Assembly: GCA_963796275.1 (NCBI GenBank)
Contig: CAWCKY010000007.1
Span: 576,001 to 640,000 of the forward strand
Direction: 5' to 3'
Length of the DNA: 64,000 bases
Source of the DNA: an uncultured Acidobacteriota bacterium
GTDB lineage: Bacteria; Acidobacteriota; Blastocatellia; RBC074
The translations under genes and the position numbers were made by a program. Below, in pieces: positions 1 to 11,800 of this stretch (position 1 is the stretch's first letter; each line of letters opens with the position of its first letter). Below the pieces are notes generated by a model, which was not told where the DNA came from, ran no database searches, and saw only the letters and a program-made list of their open reading frames with translations.

Positions 1-1179
1 TACTTTATCGGCGTGCCTGTGAAATATGTCGAGCGTCAATCCCGCCAGCAATGCGTCGCGCATCGTGGCCTGCTGGCCCAGCAGATGCGTTTTATGAGCT
101 TCGGTTCCGGGTTTATACCATGCTCCCCATTCGTCTACTGCCAGCTTGATCCTGTGCTGGCGGTCGAATTCGCCCATTATCGCCCAGTGGTCTGTGATCA
201 AGGTTTCCATGCGGCCCGCTTCATTCAAGAGTTCATACCATTCCTCGACTGAATAATTGAGCGCATCCCCCTTGCCCTGGCGCCAATCATTGGTGCGCCC
301 CGAACTGACGTTCCACGAGTAGTGATGCAGCGCCCATGCCCACATTCGCCCGAAGCCGCCGCGCTCCGCGAGCCGGGCGAAAAATCGCCGCGACCAGGAG
401 AGATCGCCCCCGTTCGGCCCTGATCCGATGTAGGATAAAGGCATCCCGTAGCGAGGCACCCATTCAGAAAAACGCCGGTATTCAGCCGCATACTCTTCCG
501 GCGTGAAATTGCCGCCGCATCCCCACGATTCATTGCCCACGCCCCAGTAGCGCACTCGATAGGGCTCGCGTTGCCCGGCGGCGGCGCGCATCTCGGCCAG
601 CGTCGTGCTTCCCGGAGGTGAGTTGCAATATTCGACCCATTCGTAAAAATCCCGCGCCGTCAGGCTGCGTAGATTGGCGGCCAGGTATGACTGAGCGCCG
701 ATCAGCCGGCAGAATCGCAGGAAATCGTCAGTGCCGAATTGGTTGGTATCGTATTTCCATGGGCCGTCAGGCGCCCCCTCCGGCCATTCCCAAGCGTCCA
801 CCCAGAAATTAGTCCGGCGCGGACGCTGTGCGCGCGGCCCAATGCCGTCGCGCCAGTTGTAGCTATCGGCGAAGCAACCGCCCGGCCAGCGTACGACGCC
901 GGGTTTGATCCGCTGCATCGCCTCGACCAGCGCCAGGCGAATACCGTCGATATTGGGAATCTTCGAGTTCTGGCCGACCCATATACCGTCATAAACCACC
1001 CCGCCGAGATGTTCGACGAAATGGCCGTAGATCTCCGGAGCGATCTTTCCTATCGGCTCGTCGAGCAGAATCTCGATCCTGGCATCGGCCAGGCGGGACT
1101 GGCGAGCGGAAGTGGCGGTGCCGGCCAGTAGCGTCACACTACCGGTCATAGCTGCGTTCAAAAAATCGCGTCGTTTCAC
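1..1179 (-). CDS. GH51 alpha-L-arabinofuranosidase with Tat signal (3' end outside window; absent from ORF track)
   Basis: Manual translation from GTG at 1179 (GGAGGAG SD upstream): MKRRDFLNAA...IYGHFVEHLGGVVYDGIWVG...VRWPGGCFADSYNWRDGIGP; near base 1: QQATMRDALLAGLTLDIFHRHADKV. These are typical GH51 motifs. Confidence 0.9.
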   Translation of the reverse strand, partial: MKRRDFLNAAMTGSVTLLAGTATSARQSRLADARIEILLDEPIGKIAPEIYGHFVEHLGGVVYDGIWVGQNSKIPNIDGIRLALVEAMQRIKPGVVRWPGGCFADSYNWRDGIGPRAQRPRRTNFWVDAWEWPEGAPDGPWKYDTNQFGTDDFLRFCRLIGAQSYLAANLRSLTARDFYEWVEYCNSPPGSTTLAEMRAAAGQREPYRVRYWGVGNESWGCGGNFTPEEYAAEYRRFSEWVPRYGMPLSYIGSGPNGGDLSWSRRFFARLAERGGFGRMWAWALHHYSWNVSSGRTNDWRQGKGDALNYSVEEWYELLNEAGRMETLITDHWAIMGEFDRQHRIKLAVDEWGAWYKPGTEAHKTHLLGQQATMRDALLAGLTLDIFHRHADKV

Positions 1180-1301
1180 TTTCTCCTCCAGAAATAGACA
1201 GTATGTACAGTATTTACAGTATTTGTCAGGATTTCAGGTTCGTTCGATTGAACGATTGGCCGCATATAATAGCATTGCAATTTATCAACCGGCTACCTAT
1301 T

Positions 1302-2483
1302 ATGAACCGAATGAAATACCTTAGATTATCCTCGTGTGTGACCATAAAGTCTGTTTGTTTAATCGCATTTCTTTCCTTCTCCTATTCAACATTTGCTCAG
1401 GCTGACGTGCAGCAGCTGATCCGACAGTTGCAGGAGAAGGAGAAGAGTGTCCGTATCGCCGCCCTCAATGAGGTGAAGCGACTGGGGCCGAAAGCTCAAG
1501 ATGCATTGCCCGCATTGATCGACTTACTGAAGGACCCGGATGATGAGATTCGCAAGGGATCATCGGAAGCGATAGGGCTGATGGGCGTCGCGGCCAACCC
1601 TGCCGTTCCAGCGCTTGTGGATGCGCTTAAGGATAAAAACAATTCGGTCCGCAGCAATGCGGCGTTCGCCCTCGGAAAAATCGGACCCGAGGCGAAATCT
1701 GCCCTTCCAGCACTGGGCCAGCTATTGAAAGACCCGAATGGCTCCGTGCGTAGCAGCGCGGCTTTTGCGCTCGGACGGTTCGGAAGCGATGCGCGAGACT
1801 ACATCCCCGGGTTGATAGCATTGTTGGACGATCAGAACGAGTCGGTTCGCAAAGATTCCGCAGATGCGCTCGGTCGTATCGGCCCAGAAGCCAGAGCTGC
1901 CATCCCCAAACTGATCGTTCTTCTGAATGACAAGAGTGTCACTGTTCGCAGATATTCAGCCGAATCCCTGGGGAAAATGGGATCGGATGCCAGATCGGCT
2001 ATCCCGGCATTGAATGAATCATTGAAAGATCCGGAGTTCGTCGTCCGGACTTATGCTCTTCAATCTCTGGAGAATATAGGCGTCGAGAGAGGGGCCCTTA
2101 TCAAGGTCTATATCGATTTACTGAAGGACAAGAGCGAGCACATCCGAACCTATGTCGCGGAAGCATTGGGGAAGCTGGGGCTCGAGGCCAGAGCCGCGAT
2201 ACCTGCTCTTGTCGAATCTCTAAAAGACCCGGATTGGACTGTGCGCTCGAGCGCAGCGAAGGGGCTCGGGAAGATGGGTGTAGAAGCGAGCGCCGCTGTG
2301 CCCGGATTGATGGAATTGTTATCAGACCAAGAGAAGATCGTAAGGGCAAATTCGGCGGCTGCTTTAGGTGAGATGGGGGAAGCGGCGAAAATAGCCATAC
2401 CGGCATTGACTAAACTGACGGAGGACCAGGCGCAGGTGGTAAGGCTGTCGGCCGCTCAATCGATAAAAAAGCTCGGACGCTGA
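1302..2483 (+). CDS. Secreted HEAT-repeat (PBS lyase/alphaRep-like) protein
   Basis: Signal-peptide-like N-terminus (…STFAQA), then ~11 repeats of ~33 aa (AIPALxxLLKDxxxxVRxxAAxALGxIG). Start codon uncertain (1203/1302/1311). Confidence 0.85.
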   Translation: MNRMKYLRLSSCVTIKSVCLIAFLSFSYSTFAQADVQQLIRQLQEKEKSVRIAALNEVKRLGPKAQDALPALIDLLKDPDDEIRKGSSEAIGLMGVAANPAVPALVDALKDKNNSVRSNAAFALGKIGPEAKSALPALGQLLKDPNGSVRSSAAFALGRFGSDARDYIPGLIALLDDQNESVRKDSADALGRIGPEARAAIPKLIVLLNDKSVTVRRYSAESLGKMGSDARSAIPALNESLKDPEFVVRTYALQSLENIGVERGALIKVYIDLLKDKSEHIRTYVAEALGKLGLEARAAIPALVESLKDPDWTVRSSAAKGLGKMGVEASAAVPGLMELLSDQEKIVRANSAAALGEMGEAAKIAIPALTKLTEDQAQVVRLSAAQSIKKLGR

Positions 2484-2571
2484 ACGCTGTGCGGGGGGAG
2501 CATAATCGATTCTGGTTCCGACGTGGGCGAAATCCAGGCCGGTTACGCTCCCGCGACAGCTAACCGCTAAT

Positions 2572-3420
2572 TTAAGCTTTCAGCTTCTTCCAGTTGGCGA
2601 GGCAACGTTCCGCCGTCTCGAGCGAAGAAAATCTGCTGCCTTCCTGCTCGATGAGATAATACTCGACCCCGCCTTTCGATTCGGCTGCCTCGATTATCTT
2701 AGTCCACGGCGCATCGCCCTCTCCCAGCAGAACGTGATATCCCTTATCTTCCCCCGCACCCCAGTCCTTGCAATGGATAGATTTTATGCGGCCCGGATTT
2801 GCCTTGATCCAGGCAACCGGGTCAGCTCCGGCGCTCACACAAGTTCCTACATCGAGTTGCAGTGCCACATCTTTCGGGGTGTTGGCTGCGAGCACATCCA
2901 TCGGACGTTTGCCGTCAACCGCAACGAATTCCGGGCTGTGATTATGGAACCCGGCTCGCATTCCGAGCGGCCTCAGTTTTTCAGCAGCCTTTGTGAGCTG
3001 GTCTGCTACGCCCTTCCAGCCATCGAGTCCGGTGACTTTTCCGGGGCTGGCCATGACGATATATTTGGATCCCAGAATCTTGTTCAATTCGATCGCCTTA
3101 TCCAGCGCATCGGGCGCGAAGACGTTGGAGCCGTTATGAGTGGAGGGACAGCGGATGCCCAGGTCGTCGAGGAGCTTCCGCACCTCTTTGGCGTAGTCGG
3201 GCGTCCACTGGTAGTAGGGCGAGAAGAATTCGACCACTTGGTAGCCCATCTTCGCTACCGCTCGAACGGTACCCGTGAGATCTTTCCCCAGTTCGTCGCG
3301 AACCGAATAGAGTTCGATGCCAACTGGAATAGCTTTGCGCCGTTGCGCACCGTATGCGAGCGGCCCGGCGGCTGCCATTGCCAGGAACGTACGTCGTGAG
3401 ATGGAATCAATGGATGTCAT
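2572..3420 (-). CDS. Tat-exported sugar phosphate isomerase/epimerase (AP_endonuc_2 TIM barrel)
   Basis: SRRTFL Tat motif; GIELYSVR, FHNH, QLDVG, SIHCKD and IEQE metal-binding motifs. Confidence 0.9.
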   Translation of the reverse strand: MTSIDSISRRTFLAMAAAGPLAYGAQRRKAIPVGIELYSVRDELGKDLTGTVRAVAKMGYQVVEFFSPYYQWTPDYAKEVRKLLDDLGIRCPSTHNGSNVFAPDALDKAIELNKILGSKYIVMASPGKVTGLDGWKGVADQLTKAAEKLRPLGMRAGFHNHSPEFVAVDGKRPMDVLAANTPKDVALQLDVGTCVSAGADPVAWIKANPGRIKSIHCKDWGAGEDKGYHVLLGEGDAPWTKIIEAAESKGGVEYYLIEQEGSRFSSLETAERCLANWKKLKA

Positions 3421-3436
3421 AATTTCCTCCGGAAAT

Positions 3437-3517
3437 AGTTTTCAATTTTCAGGTTTCGATTGCGCGATCTCGATCGGCAGCCGAAACCTAAAACTGAAAA
3501 CTGAAAACTGATAACTA
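3437..3517. repeat. Extragenic hairpin with heptamer-repeat arms
   Basis: AGTTTTC-like arm, then core TGCGCGATCTCGATCGGCA, then (GAAAACT)n arm; homologous to part of the 33.9-34.7 kb array unit. Confidence 0.7.
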
Positions 3518-3529
3518 TTTTTCACAGTT

Positions 3530-5041
3530 TCAGGGATTAATCAGCCGATAGCTCACGAATGCCAGATTTCGGCTATCGGGCGACCAGGACGGAACGTTGA
3601 TCGTGCCCTGTCCGCCGAAGAGCTTGGCCAGCACCTGAATCTCGCCTCCGCCGACCGGCATCAATCGCAGCATCACGTCTTTATTGGCTGGATGCCCTTT
3701 CACGTCTTTTTCATAAGAGAGAATTACGAGCCATTTGCCGTCGGGCGAAGGATGCGCAAACCAGTTGTTGTATTCGTCGGATGTTACCTGTTGCTGTTCG
3801 CTCCCATCGGTCTTCATCCGCCAGATCTGCATCGTCCCTGTCCGCTCAGAGTTGAAATATATGTATTTGCCGTCGTGCGAATAATCGGGACCATCATCCA
3901 GCCCGTTTGCACTCGTGAGCCGCTTCTCTTCGCCGCCCGCGACGGGAATGGTATAGATGTCGAAATTGCCGTTTCTCTCGGCGCAATATGCCAGCGTCTT
4001 CCCATCCGTAGACCACCCGTGCCAGTAAGACGGGGCAAGCTCAGTGACGCGGCGCGGCGTCCCGCCGCCGATCGGCAAAACATAAATGCGCGACTTGCGG
4101 TCATCTTGCGCTTGATCGCTGATGACAAGCTGCGTGCCGTCGGGAGAGATGCCATGATCGTTGTTGCAGCGAGTGGCGAATCCGGTGTCGAGCAATTCCG
4201 GCTCTTTCCCGCCCACCGCCAGTTTGTACATGCGCCCGCCCTGGTTGAAGAGAAAGTATTTGCCATCGCGCGACCAGTTGGGTGCTTCGAAGTGCGCACG
4301 CGTGCGATAGACCACGCGCCTGTCCTTAGAGGCAATCGCTATCGTTTCAAGCGTGCTTTCCAGTACCGGCTGGCCGGCGGCCTGCGGCTTGGGCGTTGCT
4401 ATCTCGACATTTGAGAAGATGGCTTTCTCCAGCGCGTTGTTGTCATGTGCGCAGACCCCCAGACCTACGTAGTACGGCTCGCTCAGTTTTAGTCGGAAAG
4501 AACCTCCGGCCGATTGCAGCGCTTCGCCCTCGCGTGCGATCGACATGTACACGTACTCGCCCTGCTTCTCGATCTGAATTCGCCTTGGTCCGGCGACATT
4601 CGATTGAATCTCGCGCGTCGGCCCGCCCTTCGCTTCTCGGTACTGCAGCGAGGTGAGGCCGTCACCATGCAATGCCGCATCGGCGTACGCTGAATCGTGA
4701 TCCAAACTCTGCCTGATGATGAGGCACGCCTTGCGATGCGTGTTGCCGCCGGTGCCGACAAAATTGACGTCAGCCGCAAGTGAGACGTCGCCCGACATCC
4801 GCTTCCAGGCAAAATGAAATGCGTCAGCTGTAGACCACATATTCTCTCCGCCGCCCGCTATGGTGTAGCTTTTTCGCGCGGCATCGTATTCGACCGATCC
4901 GGTTTTACGGACCTCGCCGATATCGCCGTTCTTCTCGAATATTCCCAGCGGCGCATCTGGTGAAGACAGAAAACCGGCTGTGAGGATAATTCCAAATAGC
5001 AGCAAGAATATTTGGGTGAATCGTCTCATTTCAGTATTCAA
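3530..5041 (-). CDS. Secreted TolB-like/PD40 beta-propeller protein with N-terminal beta-sandwich domain
   Basis: Signal peptide; repeated WSxDG/SPDG motifs ([27 protein letters not shown]). Confidence 0.85.
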   Translation of the reverse strand: MNTEMRRFTQIFLLLFGIILTAGFLSSPDAPLGIFEKNGDIGEVRKTGSVEYDAARKSYTIAGGGENMWSTADAFHFAWKRMSGDVSLAADVNFVGTGGNTHRKACLIIRQSLDHDSAYADAALHGDGLTSLQYREAKGGPTREIQSNVAGPRRIQIEKQGEYVYMSIAREGEALQSAGGSFRLKLSEPYYVGLGVCAHDNNALEKAIFSNVEIATPKPQAAGQPVLESTLETIAIASKDRRVVYRTRAHFEAPNWSRDGKYFLFNQGGRMYKLAVGGKEPELLDTGFATRCNNDHGISPDGTQLVISDQAQDDRKSRIYVLPIGGGTPRRVTELAPSYWHGWSTDGKTLAYCAERNGNFDIYTIPVAGGEEKRLTSANGLDDGPDYSHDGKYIYFNSERTGTMQIWRMKTDGSEQQQVTSDEYNNWFAHPSPDGKWLVILSYEKDVKGHPANKDVMLRLMPVGGGEIQVLAKLFGGQGTINVPSWSPDSRNLAFVSYRLINP

Positions 5042-5117
5042 GCAGCCTCCAACTGCGAGTAATTTATGTTTTTGGTCGGGGGCGTGTATTACAAATATAT
5101 AGCGAGGGAAATGTTCT

Positions 5118-6806
5118 TTAGAATTTTATCTGTTCCAGATAACGCAGGCTTCGGGGAATTTGTTGAATTGAATCCGGCGACTCGTCTTCGATGAAATACC
5201 ATCTCACGCCGGCCTTTCGCGCGGCTTTCAAAATAGCCGGCCAATCCATCATGCCGGTGCCGAGCGCCACGTCATTCTTCACATCGGAAACACCCGTGAG
5301 CAATCCCGTCGGGGTACCCTTCCTCATGTCCTTGACGTGCATCAACTCGAAGCGGCTTCCATATTTGTCGAGCAACTTGACCGGGTCCTGTCCGGGATGA
5401 ATAACCCAGAAAACGTCCATCTGATATCGGACAAACTGGGGTTTCGTTTCGGCCATCATAAGATCGAACAAAGTGCCATTCCCGTGCGGCCGAAATTCAT
5501 AGCCGTGGATGTGATAGAAGAATTTCAGGCCGTGTTTGGCGAGCGCATCGCCAGCCCGATTGAAGACAGCGCTCGCTTCACGAGCAGTCTTTTCGTCAAA
5601 TGACTCGGCCTGATGCGGGATCCAGGCGCAACCGACATACTGCAGACCGAGCGCTTTTGCCTCGCGCGCCACCTCCTCGACCTGGTCGCGATAGCGCTCA
5701 TACGGGAAGTGGCCGCTGATCGGCTTCAGTCCTCTGGCATCGAGAAGTTCCTTGAATTTCGCGGGCGCAAGGTTGTAAGTGCCGGCCAGCTCGACATTTT
5801 CGATCCCAAAACTTCGGACCCTGTCGAGAGTTGCCGGGATATCCTTGGCGAATTGTTCGCGCAAGCTATAAAGCTGAAGACCGATCGGCCCTTTGAAACT
5901 CTCTCCTGTGCCGGTCGGATGTTGGTTCAACATGCCGAGGTCCCCTAGCCATTCGTGAAATCTATGATGCCAGGTTCCGAAAGGAATCCCGTTGCGGTTG
6001 CGGATTCCGCCGCCGTGGCCGCCGTGGCCGTAAATGTGCAGTTCGACGGGAACTCCTACGCTAAAAAGAGAATTATAGAAATCAACAGTCTGACGCGCAT
6101 GTGATTGATCATCGATGCCCGCGCTTGTGAGGAAAGCCGGTGCGGCATCGGGTGGAGCTGTGAGGTCCATCGGCCTCCAACCTGCGTATACAAGGCCGGC
6201 GAAATCGGGGCGGCTGCTCTGACGATCTATCGGATCGGACGCGCTCGGATTGCCGCGATCAAACCGGATATCTGCGAGCGCGGCGAGCGCTCCGCCTGCG
6301 GAGAACCCCAGGATACCGACGCGAGTAGGATTGATTTTCCATTCTTCAGCGCGAGCGCGTATGATCCGAAGCGCGCGCTGAGTATCCTGGAGCGCCTCTC
6401 CTTCCACCGTGTATTTATAGTTTGGGGTTTGCGCCAAACGGTATTTCAGTATGAAGACGGCCACACCCATACCGTTGAGCCACTCCGTCAGATCATAGCC
6501 CTCCGTCCCCACGTTCAGTTCGCGATGACCGCCACCCGGCGCGACGATAATTGCCGCTCCGTTCGCCTTGTCGGGCGTGGGCAAAAAGACTTCCATAGAT
6601 GGATTGTGGACGTTGCGTACCTGGCGGACGCGCTGACCGGGCTGCGGATCAGGAGGGTTCGTGATCTCTTTTTCGCTCGACCCCTGCAGAGTGGCTGCGC
6701 CATTTGGCCAGAGAAAGACCACTCGTGAAGCAGGTTCCATCGCCAGGGCAGCTGTATGAGCGAGCAATGGCAATAATAGGGCGAGAAAGAGTATCTTCAA
6801 TGTCAT
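5118..6806 (-). CDS. Fusion: alpha/beta-hydrolase esterase + sugar phosphate isomerase TIM barrel
   Basis: Signal peptide; PGGGH, GFSAGG nucleophile elbow and GGHG in N-half; [23 protein letters not shown] and IEDE in C-half. Confidence 0.85.
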   Translation of the reverse strand: MTLKILFLALLLPLLAHTAALAMEPASRVVFLWPNGAATLQGSSEKEITNPPDPQPGQRVRQVRNVHNPSMEVFLPTPDKANGAAIIVAPGGGHRELNVGTEGYDLTEWLNGMGVAVFILKYRLAQTPNYKYTVEGEALQDTQRALRIIRARAEEWKINPTRVGILGFSAGGALAALADIRFDRGNPSASDPIDRQSSRPDFAGLVYAGWRPMDLTAPPDAAPAFLTSAGIDDQSHARQTVDFYNSLFSVGVPVELHIYGHGGHGGGIRNRNGIPFGTWHHRFHEWLGDLGMLNQHPTGTGESFKGPIGLQLYSLREQFAKDIPATLDRVRSFGIENVELAGTYNLAPAKFKELLDARGLKPISGHFPYERYRDQVEEVAREAKALGLQYVGCAWIPHQAESFDEKTAREASAVFNRAGDALAKHGLKFFYHIHGYEFRPHGNGTLFDLMMAETKPQFVRYQMDVFWVIHPGQDPVKLLDKYGSRFELMHVKDMRKGTPTGLLTGVSDVKNDVALGTGMMDWPAILKAARKAGVRWYFIEDESPDSIQQIPRSLRYLEQIKF

Positions 6807-6970
6807 GGACAGTCATACCTTTCAGAAGGCCATCGACCGGCTACATCGACCGGCCAGACCAAAAAACCTAATTAAATCCGGATGATCTCGAACACTCACT
6901 CGAAAGTTTTGCTATTTTGGACGGAATTGAACATTTATAGCAATAGCGCTATACAACTTTCACGACATTC

Positions 6971-8215
6971 TTATTTTCTCTTCTGCGTATCGAAATATAA
7001 TCGCGCACTTTGTTTGCCCGTCTCGTTTTCCATTGCGTAAAATGATGCACTTATAGCCCCCAATGGCTTGATCGCAATCCCCAGCGTCTTCCCGTCGATC
7101 ATCCGCTGCAGCACCGGCTTTGAAATCGTTAGATAAGTTTTTTCTCCATCACCCTCGGTGACCGGCCAGTCGATGATCATCTGGCTGCTGAGCACGCGAT
7201 TGAGCGGTTGATAATGGCATAAACTATCGGTAGTAACTGTCAGCTGATTCCAACTGGGGGTTCCTCCCAGTATCTCGACGACGCGAACGATCCCGAAATC
7301 TTTTAGTTCCTTACCTTTTCGCTGGACCGAATGAGTCGTCAGCTCTAACAGGCCATGGCCCGCAACTTTATTTCCCGCATATCCGCTCAGGTCCCAGCGC
7401 AGGATCACATATCGAGTGCCTTCCACTGTCAGTAGACTGATCTTTTTTTCGCCGTACCGAACATACCAGTCGTTCAAGTTCACATCCGTGTTCTCAATGT
7501 CGATCATACTATCCTGAGCCACTTTCACCTCGTGGGCGAAGCTCTTTGGATTTGGCACGGGCGGATGATAGGGAATCGCGTCTCCTTTGTCGGGCCCGGC
7601 AATGGCGACATCGACGATATCGACTTTGATGTAGTCGACATCGACGCGGTATTTTTCCAGGCCCCAATCGATGAGAGCCATATGACCGAAGACCGTATCA
7701 CCCGGCCTGGCATCGAAATCCCGCGTAGTCATACTGATCGTGTGCCAGTTTTCCGCATCGGGAATGTCAAACTCAAGGAGATGGGAATGATGGTCAGTCG
7801 TCCTCTGCGTTTTGACCTGCAGATTCACGCGGCGCGGCGCATGGCTGACCCGGATGCGCGCTTCAATACGAAATTCGCGCCCCGGGATCTCGAGCAATGA
7901 CAGGTCCATCCCATCGGAGACCTTGCGCTGAACGAGCGCCCACCAGATGCCACGTTTATCGGTGGTGGCGTCCACGAAAATGGAGCCAAAATCTTCTCCT
8001 CCTTGACGGAAGTCCATCGTCGCCGTACCGTCTCCCGTCCGAAATGCCCAGTCAGTAATGCCCGTGCGGTCGATCTTGAGGGAAGGTCCATTGAAGTCAT
8101 CGATGAATTGAGCTGGTGTCCGCTCGCAGAGCAAAATCGTCGCAAAAACAATCAAGATACATTGTTTCGAGTATTTGAATTTCATGCCTATAACCAACGC
8201 GGAAAAATTCACCAT
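6971..8215 (-). CDS. Secreted hypothetical protein, possibly carbohydrate-binding beta-sandwich domains
   Basis: 414-aa ORF with signal-like N-terminus, beta-rich; co-oriented with the sugar genes. Confidence 0.65.
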   Translation of the reverse strand: MVNFSALVIGMKFKYSKQCILIVFATILLCERTPAQFIDDFNGPSLKIDRTGITDWAFRTGDGTATMDFRQGGEDFGSIFVDATTDKRGIWWALVQRKVSDGMDLSLLEIPGREFRIEARIRVSHAPRRVNLQVKTQRTTDHHSHLLEFDIPDAENWHTISMTTRDFDARPGDTVFGHMALIDWGLEKYRVDVDYIKVDIVDVAIAGPDKGDAIPYHPPVPNPKSFAHEVKVAQDSMIDIENTDVNLNDWYVRYGEKKISLLTVEGTRYVILRWDLSGYAGNKVAGHGLLELTTHSVQRKGKELKDFGIVRVVEILGGTPSWNQLTVTTDSLCHYQPLNRVLSSQMIIDWPVTEGDGEKTYLTISKPVLQRMIDGKTLGIAIKPLGAISASFYAMENETGKQSARLYFDTQKRK

Positions 8216-8562
8216 ATCTCCCCACGCTGCCGGGATTGTGGTTTTGATCGATTTCGAGGTAATCGAGGTGATCGCGATTACCTCGAGCTATACACTCTCA
8301 GTAGCCATGTGCAGGTATTCTGCCACGTTTGTCAGCACAACAAGAAATGCATACGCGTCAACGTTAGAGGAAAGCTTCAGGAAGAACGGCAGCGCGGAAT
8401 GGAGATTGATCGGAAATCGCGGAAGATGTAGTGCCGGCTGATAGTACAGAAGAAGCGGCACGCGCGCTGAACGATGAATCAAGGAAACAGGGGGAGCCAG
8501 CCTTTTGGCTGATTGATCCATCGTTCAACGGAGCATGCTTCGTGGGACGTAGCTTTATAGTT

Positions 8563-8787
8563 GGGAGTTCCGCGTTTACGCGGTCTTATCTTTTCGCATG
8601 ATTTTCTCACCGCCTGAAGGCGGAACTCCCAACATGTTTGGAGTTCCGCGTTTACGCGGTCTTTTCTTTTTCGCATGATTTTCTCACCGCCTGAAGGCGG
8701 AACTCCCAACATGTTTGGAGTTCCGCGTTTACGCGGTCTTTTCTTTTTCGCATGATTTTCTCACCGCCTGAAGGCGGAACTCCCAAC
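8563..8787. repeat. Three tandem 76-77-bp REP-like palindromic units
   Basis: GGAGTTCCGCGTTTACGCGG...CCGCCTGAAGGCGGAACTCC starting at 8564, 8640 and 8717. Confidence 0.9.
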
Positions 8788-8873
8788 GCGTTTTCAATGC
8801 GAGAAAAATTTATAGGTGCAAACTTGTCAAATAACTGAATACCGCATGTCTAATGCCTATCATCCGGTGGCCG

Positions 8874-11800
8874 TCAAAAGATCAGCTTGAGCGCCAGTTG
8901 AATCTGGCGCGGGCCGTTACCCTGGCCGCCGATGGTCCCGAAGTTGTTGGAGTCGACTTGACCATTCGGCCCGCCCAGACGCACGCGATTGAACGCATTG
9001 AAGAACTCGATGCGGAACTGTGCGTTCCACTTGCCCTCCTTGAAGTAGTTGTTCTTGAACAATGAGAGATCGAAGTTCTTTTCGCCGTCCATCCGCAGAT
9101 TGGGCATGACGCGCGGTGAGTTGCCGAAGGTGAAGGCTGGAGTGATTGCGAATGCCGATGTGTCGAACCATTTCGCCAGCTTGGCATCCTTGGTGCCGTC
9201 GATATTGGCATTATTCCCATTCCAGGTTGGGCGCTGCGTTGGATTGAAAAGACCGACATTGTTCTGTCCCTGCGTAATGAGAATCGGCAGGCCGCTCTGG
9301 AAGGTCACGATGCCGTTAAACTGCCAGCCTCCGACCAGCCAGTTGGCTGCGGAGGGCAAGCTGCCGCCGAACTTTTTGCCACGGCCGAACGGCATGTCAT
9401 AGACGAAGCTGTTCACGAAACGATGAGTTATGTCCTGTGATCCGATGGAGCGTTCGGCCGCGCGGTCATAGACGTTCTGCCGTGAGCTTGCCTGGCCCAG
9501 AAAACCCACCGTGGTCGACACGTCATCGATCAGCTTGTTCCAGGTGTATGCGACCAGGATGCTCAGGCCATTCGAGAATCGCTTGTCGGCCCTCAACGTC
9601 CCACCGTGATAGATCGAGAAGCCATATGGGACGCGGAAGGCATTGATCCCGTCGTATTGCGGGTATGGCCGCAACAGCCGGCCGCGGGCGACGGTCGATG
9701 AGCGCAAATTCGAAGATGGGTTGGTGATTATACCGAAGAACGGGTTCGTGACCTGATCCTGCAGCTCAGTCCCGAACCTCAGGAACGAGGCCGGCAACTG
9801 CGACTGCGTGATTCCGTTCTCACCAGCCAGCAACCGTGTACCTTTGCTGCCGATATAGGCAGCCTCAAAGACGATGTTGCCGGGCAGTTCACGCTGTATA
9901 TTGAAATTCCATTGCTGAATGTAGGGACTATGGTGATCGGGGATTACTCCTTCGCCGATGCCCAGGCCGATGTTGGTTGCCGTTCCAAGCGAGGTGCCCG
10001 GCGGTAGATTGAACCCATTCGGGAAAGGATTGTCGAAGAACCCGATCGGGTCTCGCCCGTTCAGGCTGACGATCATATTCGATGAGGTGCGATATCCGAT
10101 CATCCCCGCCGTTCCGGTGTGCCCGGCTGCCTGCAGAACCGAGGGGGCATAGTAGATGCCGTAGGCGGCGCGCACCACCGTCCTATCATTCAGGCTGTAT
10201 GCGAAACCGATGCGCGGGCCCCAATTGTTCTTATCGGTCGGAAACTGGCGGCGCTCCTCTGCCGTGACGAAATTGATCGCTCCTTTCAGATCAGCTGGAT
10301 TGAAGTACGGGTTGGCCGGAACCATGCTGGCGATCGGGGAGGGAGCATCGAAATCGAAGACGCTCAGCCGATTATAACGTTCGGTGCGCGGCACATCGAG
10401 GTCGTAGCGCAGGCCCAAAGTAATCGTCAGTTTCGGCGTCATTCTCCACGTGTCTTCAAAATACAATGCCCAATACGAACTTGACGATGCCGGGGTCGGA
10501 TCATGGCTGACTGTGCCTGAATTCGGGATGCCGATCAGCATCGAAGCCAAGCCGAATCCGTCCATGTTGCTGCCCTGGTTCGGGTCGCGTTGCGTCCAGG
10601 TCGGAGAGAAGTTGTACTCGCCCGAAGGCTGGCCCAACTGCAGGAAATTGAGCATCAGCTTGCGGTAGTCCATGCCGAATTTGAACGTATGGCGCGGGAG
10701 AGTCTTCGTCACGTTGGCGTTGAAGCTATGGGTGGTCGGCGCGATGACCAGATCGTTGAATGTCTCCTGCCCTAACGAAGAAAGTCCTCCCACATTGATG
10801 CGTGGGAATTCAGCAGCTTGTGCTACCCCTTGGATAGCCGCCGGGAAGCCGAGTTGCGTAATATCGAAACCGGTTGAGAACGGGATGCGCACGACCGTCC
10901 GCCGATTGAGGCCGTAGCGCGCGTTGAGGAAGAGCGTCGGATTGACAGTGTAGACGTTATCCACCGAAATGCTCTTCGAGGTGCTGTCTGTAGGGCCTGC
11001 GTTATTCGGCGTAGCAGGGTTGGCGAAATGGTTGAATGGACGATTAGGATTTTTGAAAAGCGTAGAGAATCGCACGAAAGAGCGCCAGTTCGCCGTGAAG
11101 TTGTGATCCACGCGCGAGTCGATCTGATTGGAGTTACTGATGTTCGTGCCGACCGCCGTGAAGTTGTTCTGCTGCGTATTGGCGTTGATCGGCGTGGTGT
11201 TGGGCAGCGGCCAGTATTGCATCAGGTTGAGCGCGATCGGGTTGAGCAGGGCGGTCGGGATCTTGTTGCACGCTTCGCCGCCTACCTGCCTATTGTTCGG
11301 TTGAAGCGGGAGAGGATTTCCATCCGCGCCACACCTGAATGGATCGCGGGTAAATCGCCCGGGCGTGGTTCGATCTGCCTCGGTCGAGAACGGATTATAT
11401 AATTGAATTCGCTGTCCGCCGGCAGTCATCAGATTGGAGAAATCGCCCCGCCGCCATTCGGCCAGCGGGACAGTGAAGGTGCCGACCGATGCCGCCCCCT
11501 GGCGCAGACCTTCGTAATTAACAAAGAAGAATGTCCGATCCGTTCGGATGGGTCCGCCAACATTCCCGCCAAACTGATGGCGTTTGAAGCTGCCCTTCTC
11601 TATGCCGGCCCGGTTGCTGAAGAAGTTGTTGGCATCGAGCAAACTGTTGCGCGTAAACCCGAAACCCGTCCAGTGATACTGATTCGTACCGCTCTTGGTC
11701 ACCAGATTGATCACTCCGCCACCGAGACGGCCGAATTCGGCGCTGACCGAATTGGTCTGCACGCTGAATTCCTGCACCGCGTCCACCGACGGCGTGTAGT

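Noticed and set aside
13-1324. Short ORF-track calls at the window start
   Set aside because: Shadows of the edge-truncated GH51 gene on the minus strand.
8175-8712. Small ORFs between the hypothetical gene and the TBDR
   Set aside because: No motifs or SD, mutually overlapping, and partly derived from REP repeats.
8563-8787. Mini-CRISPR (76-77-bp period)
   Set aside because: The sequences between palindromes are identical, not spacers; the same unit recurs inverted at 57487.
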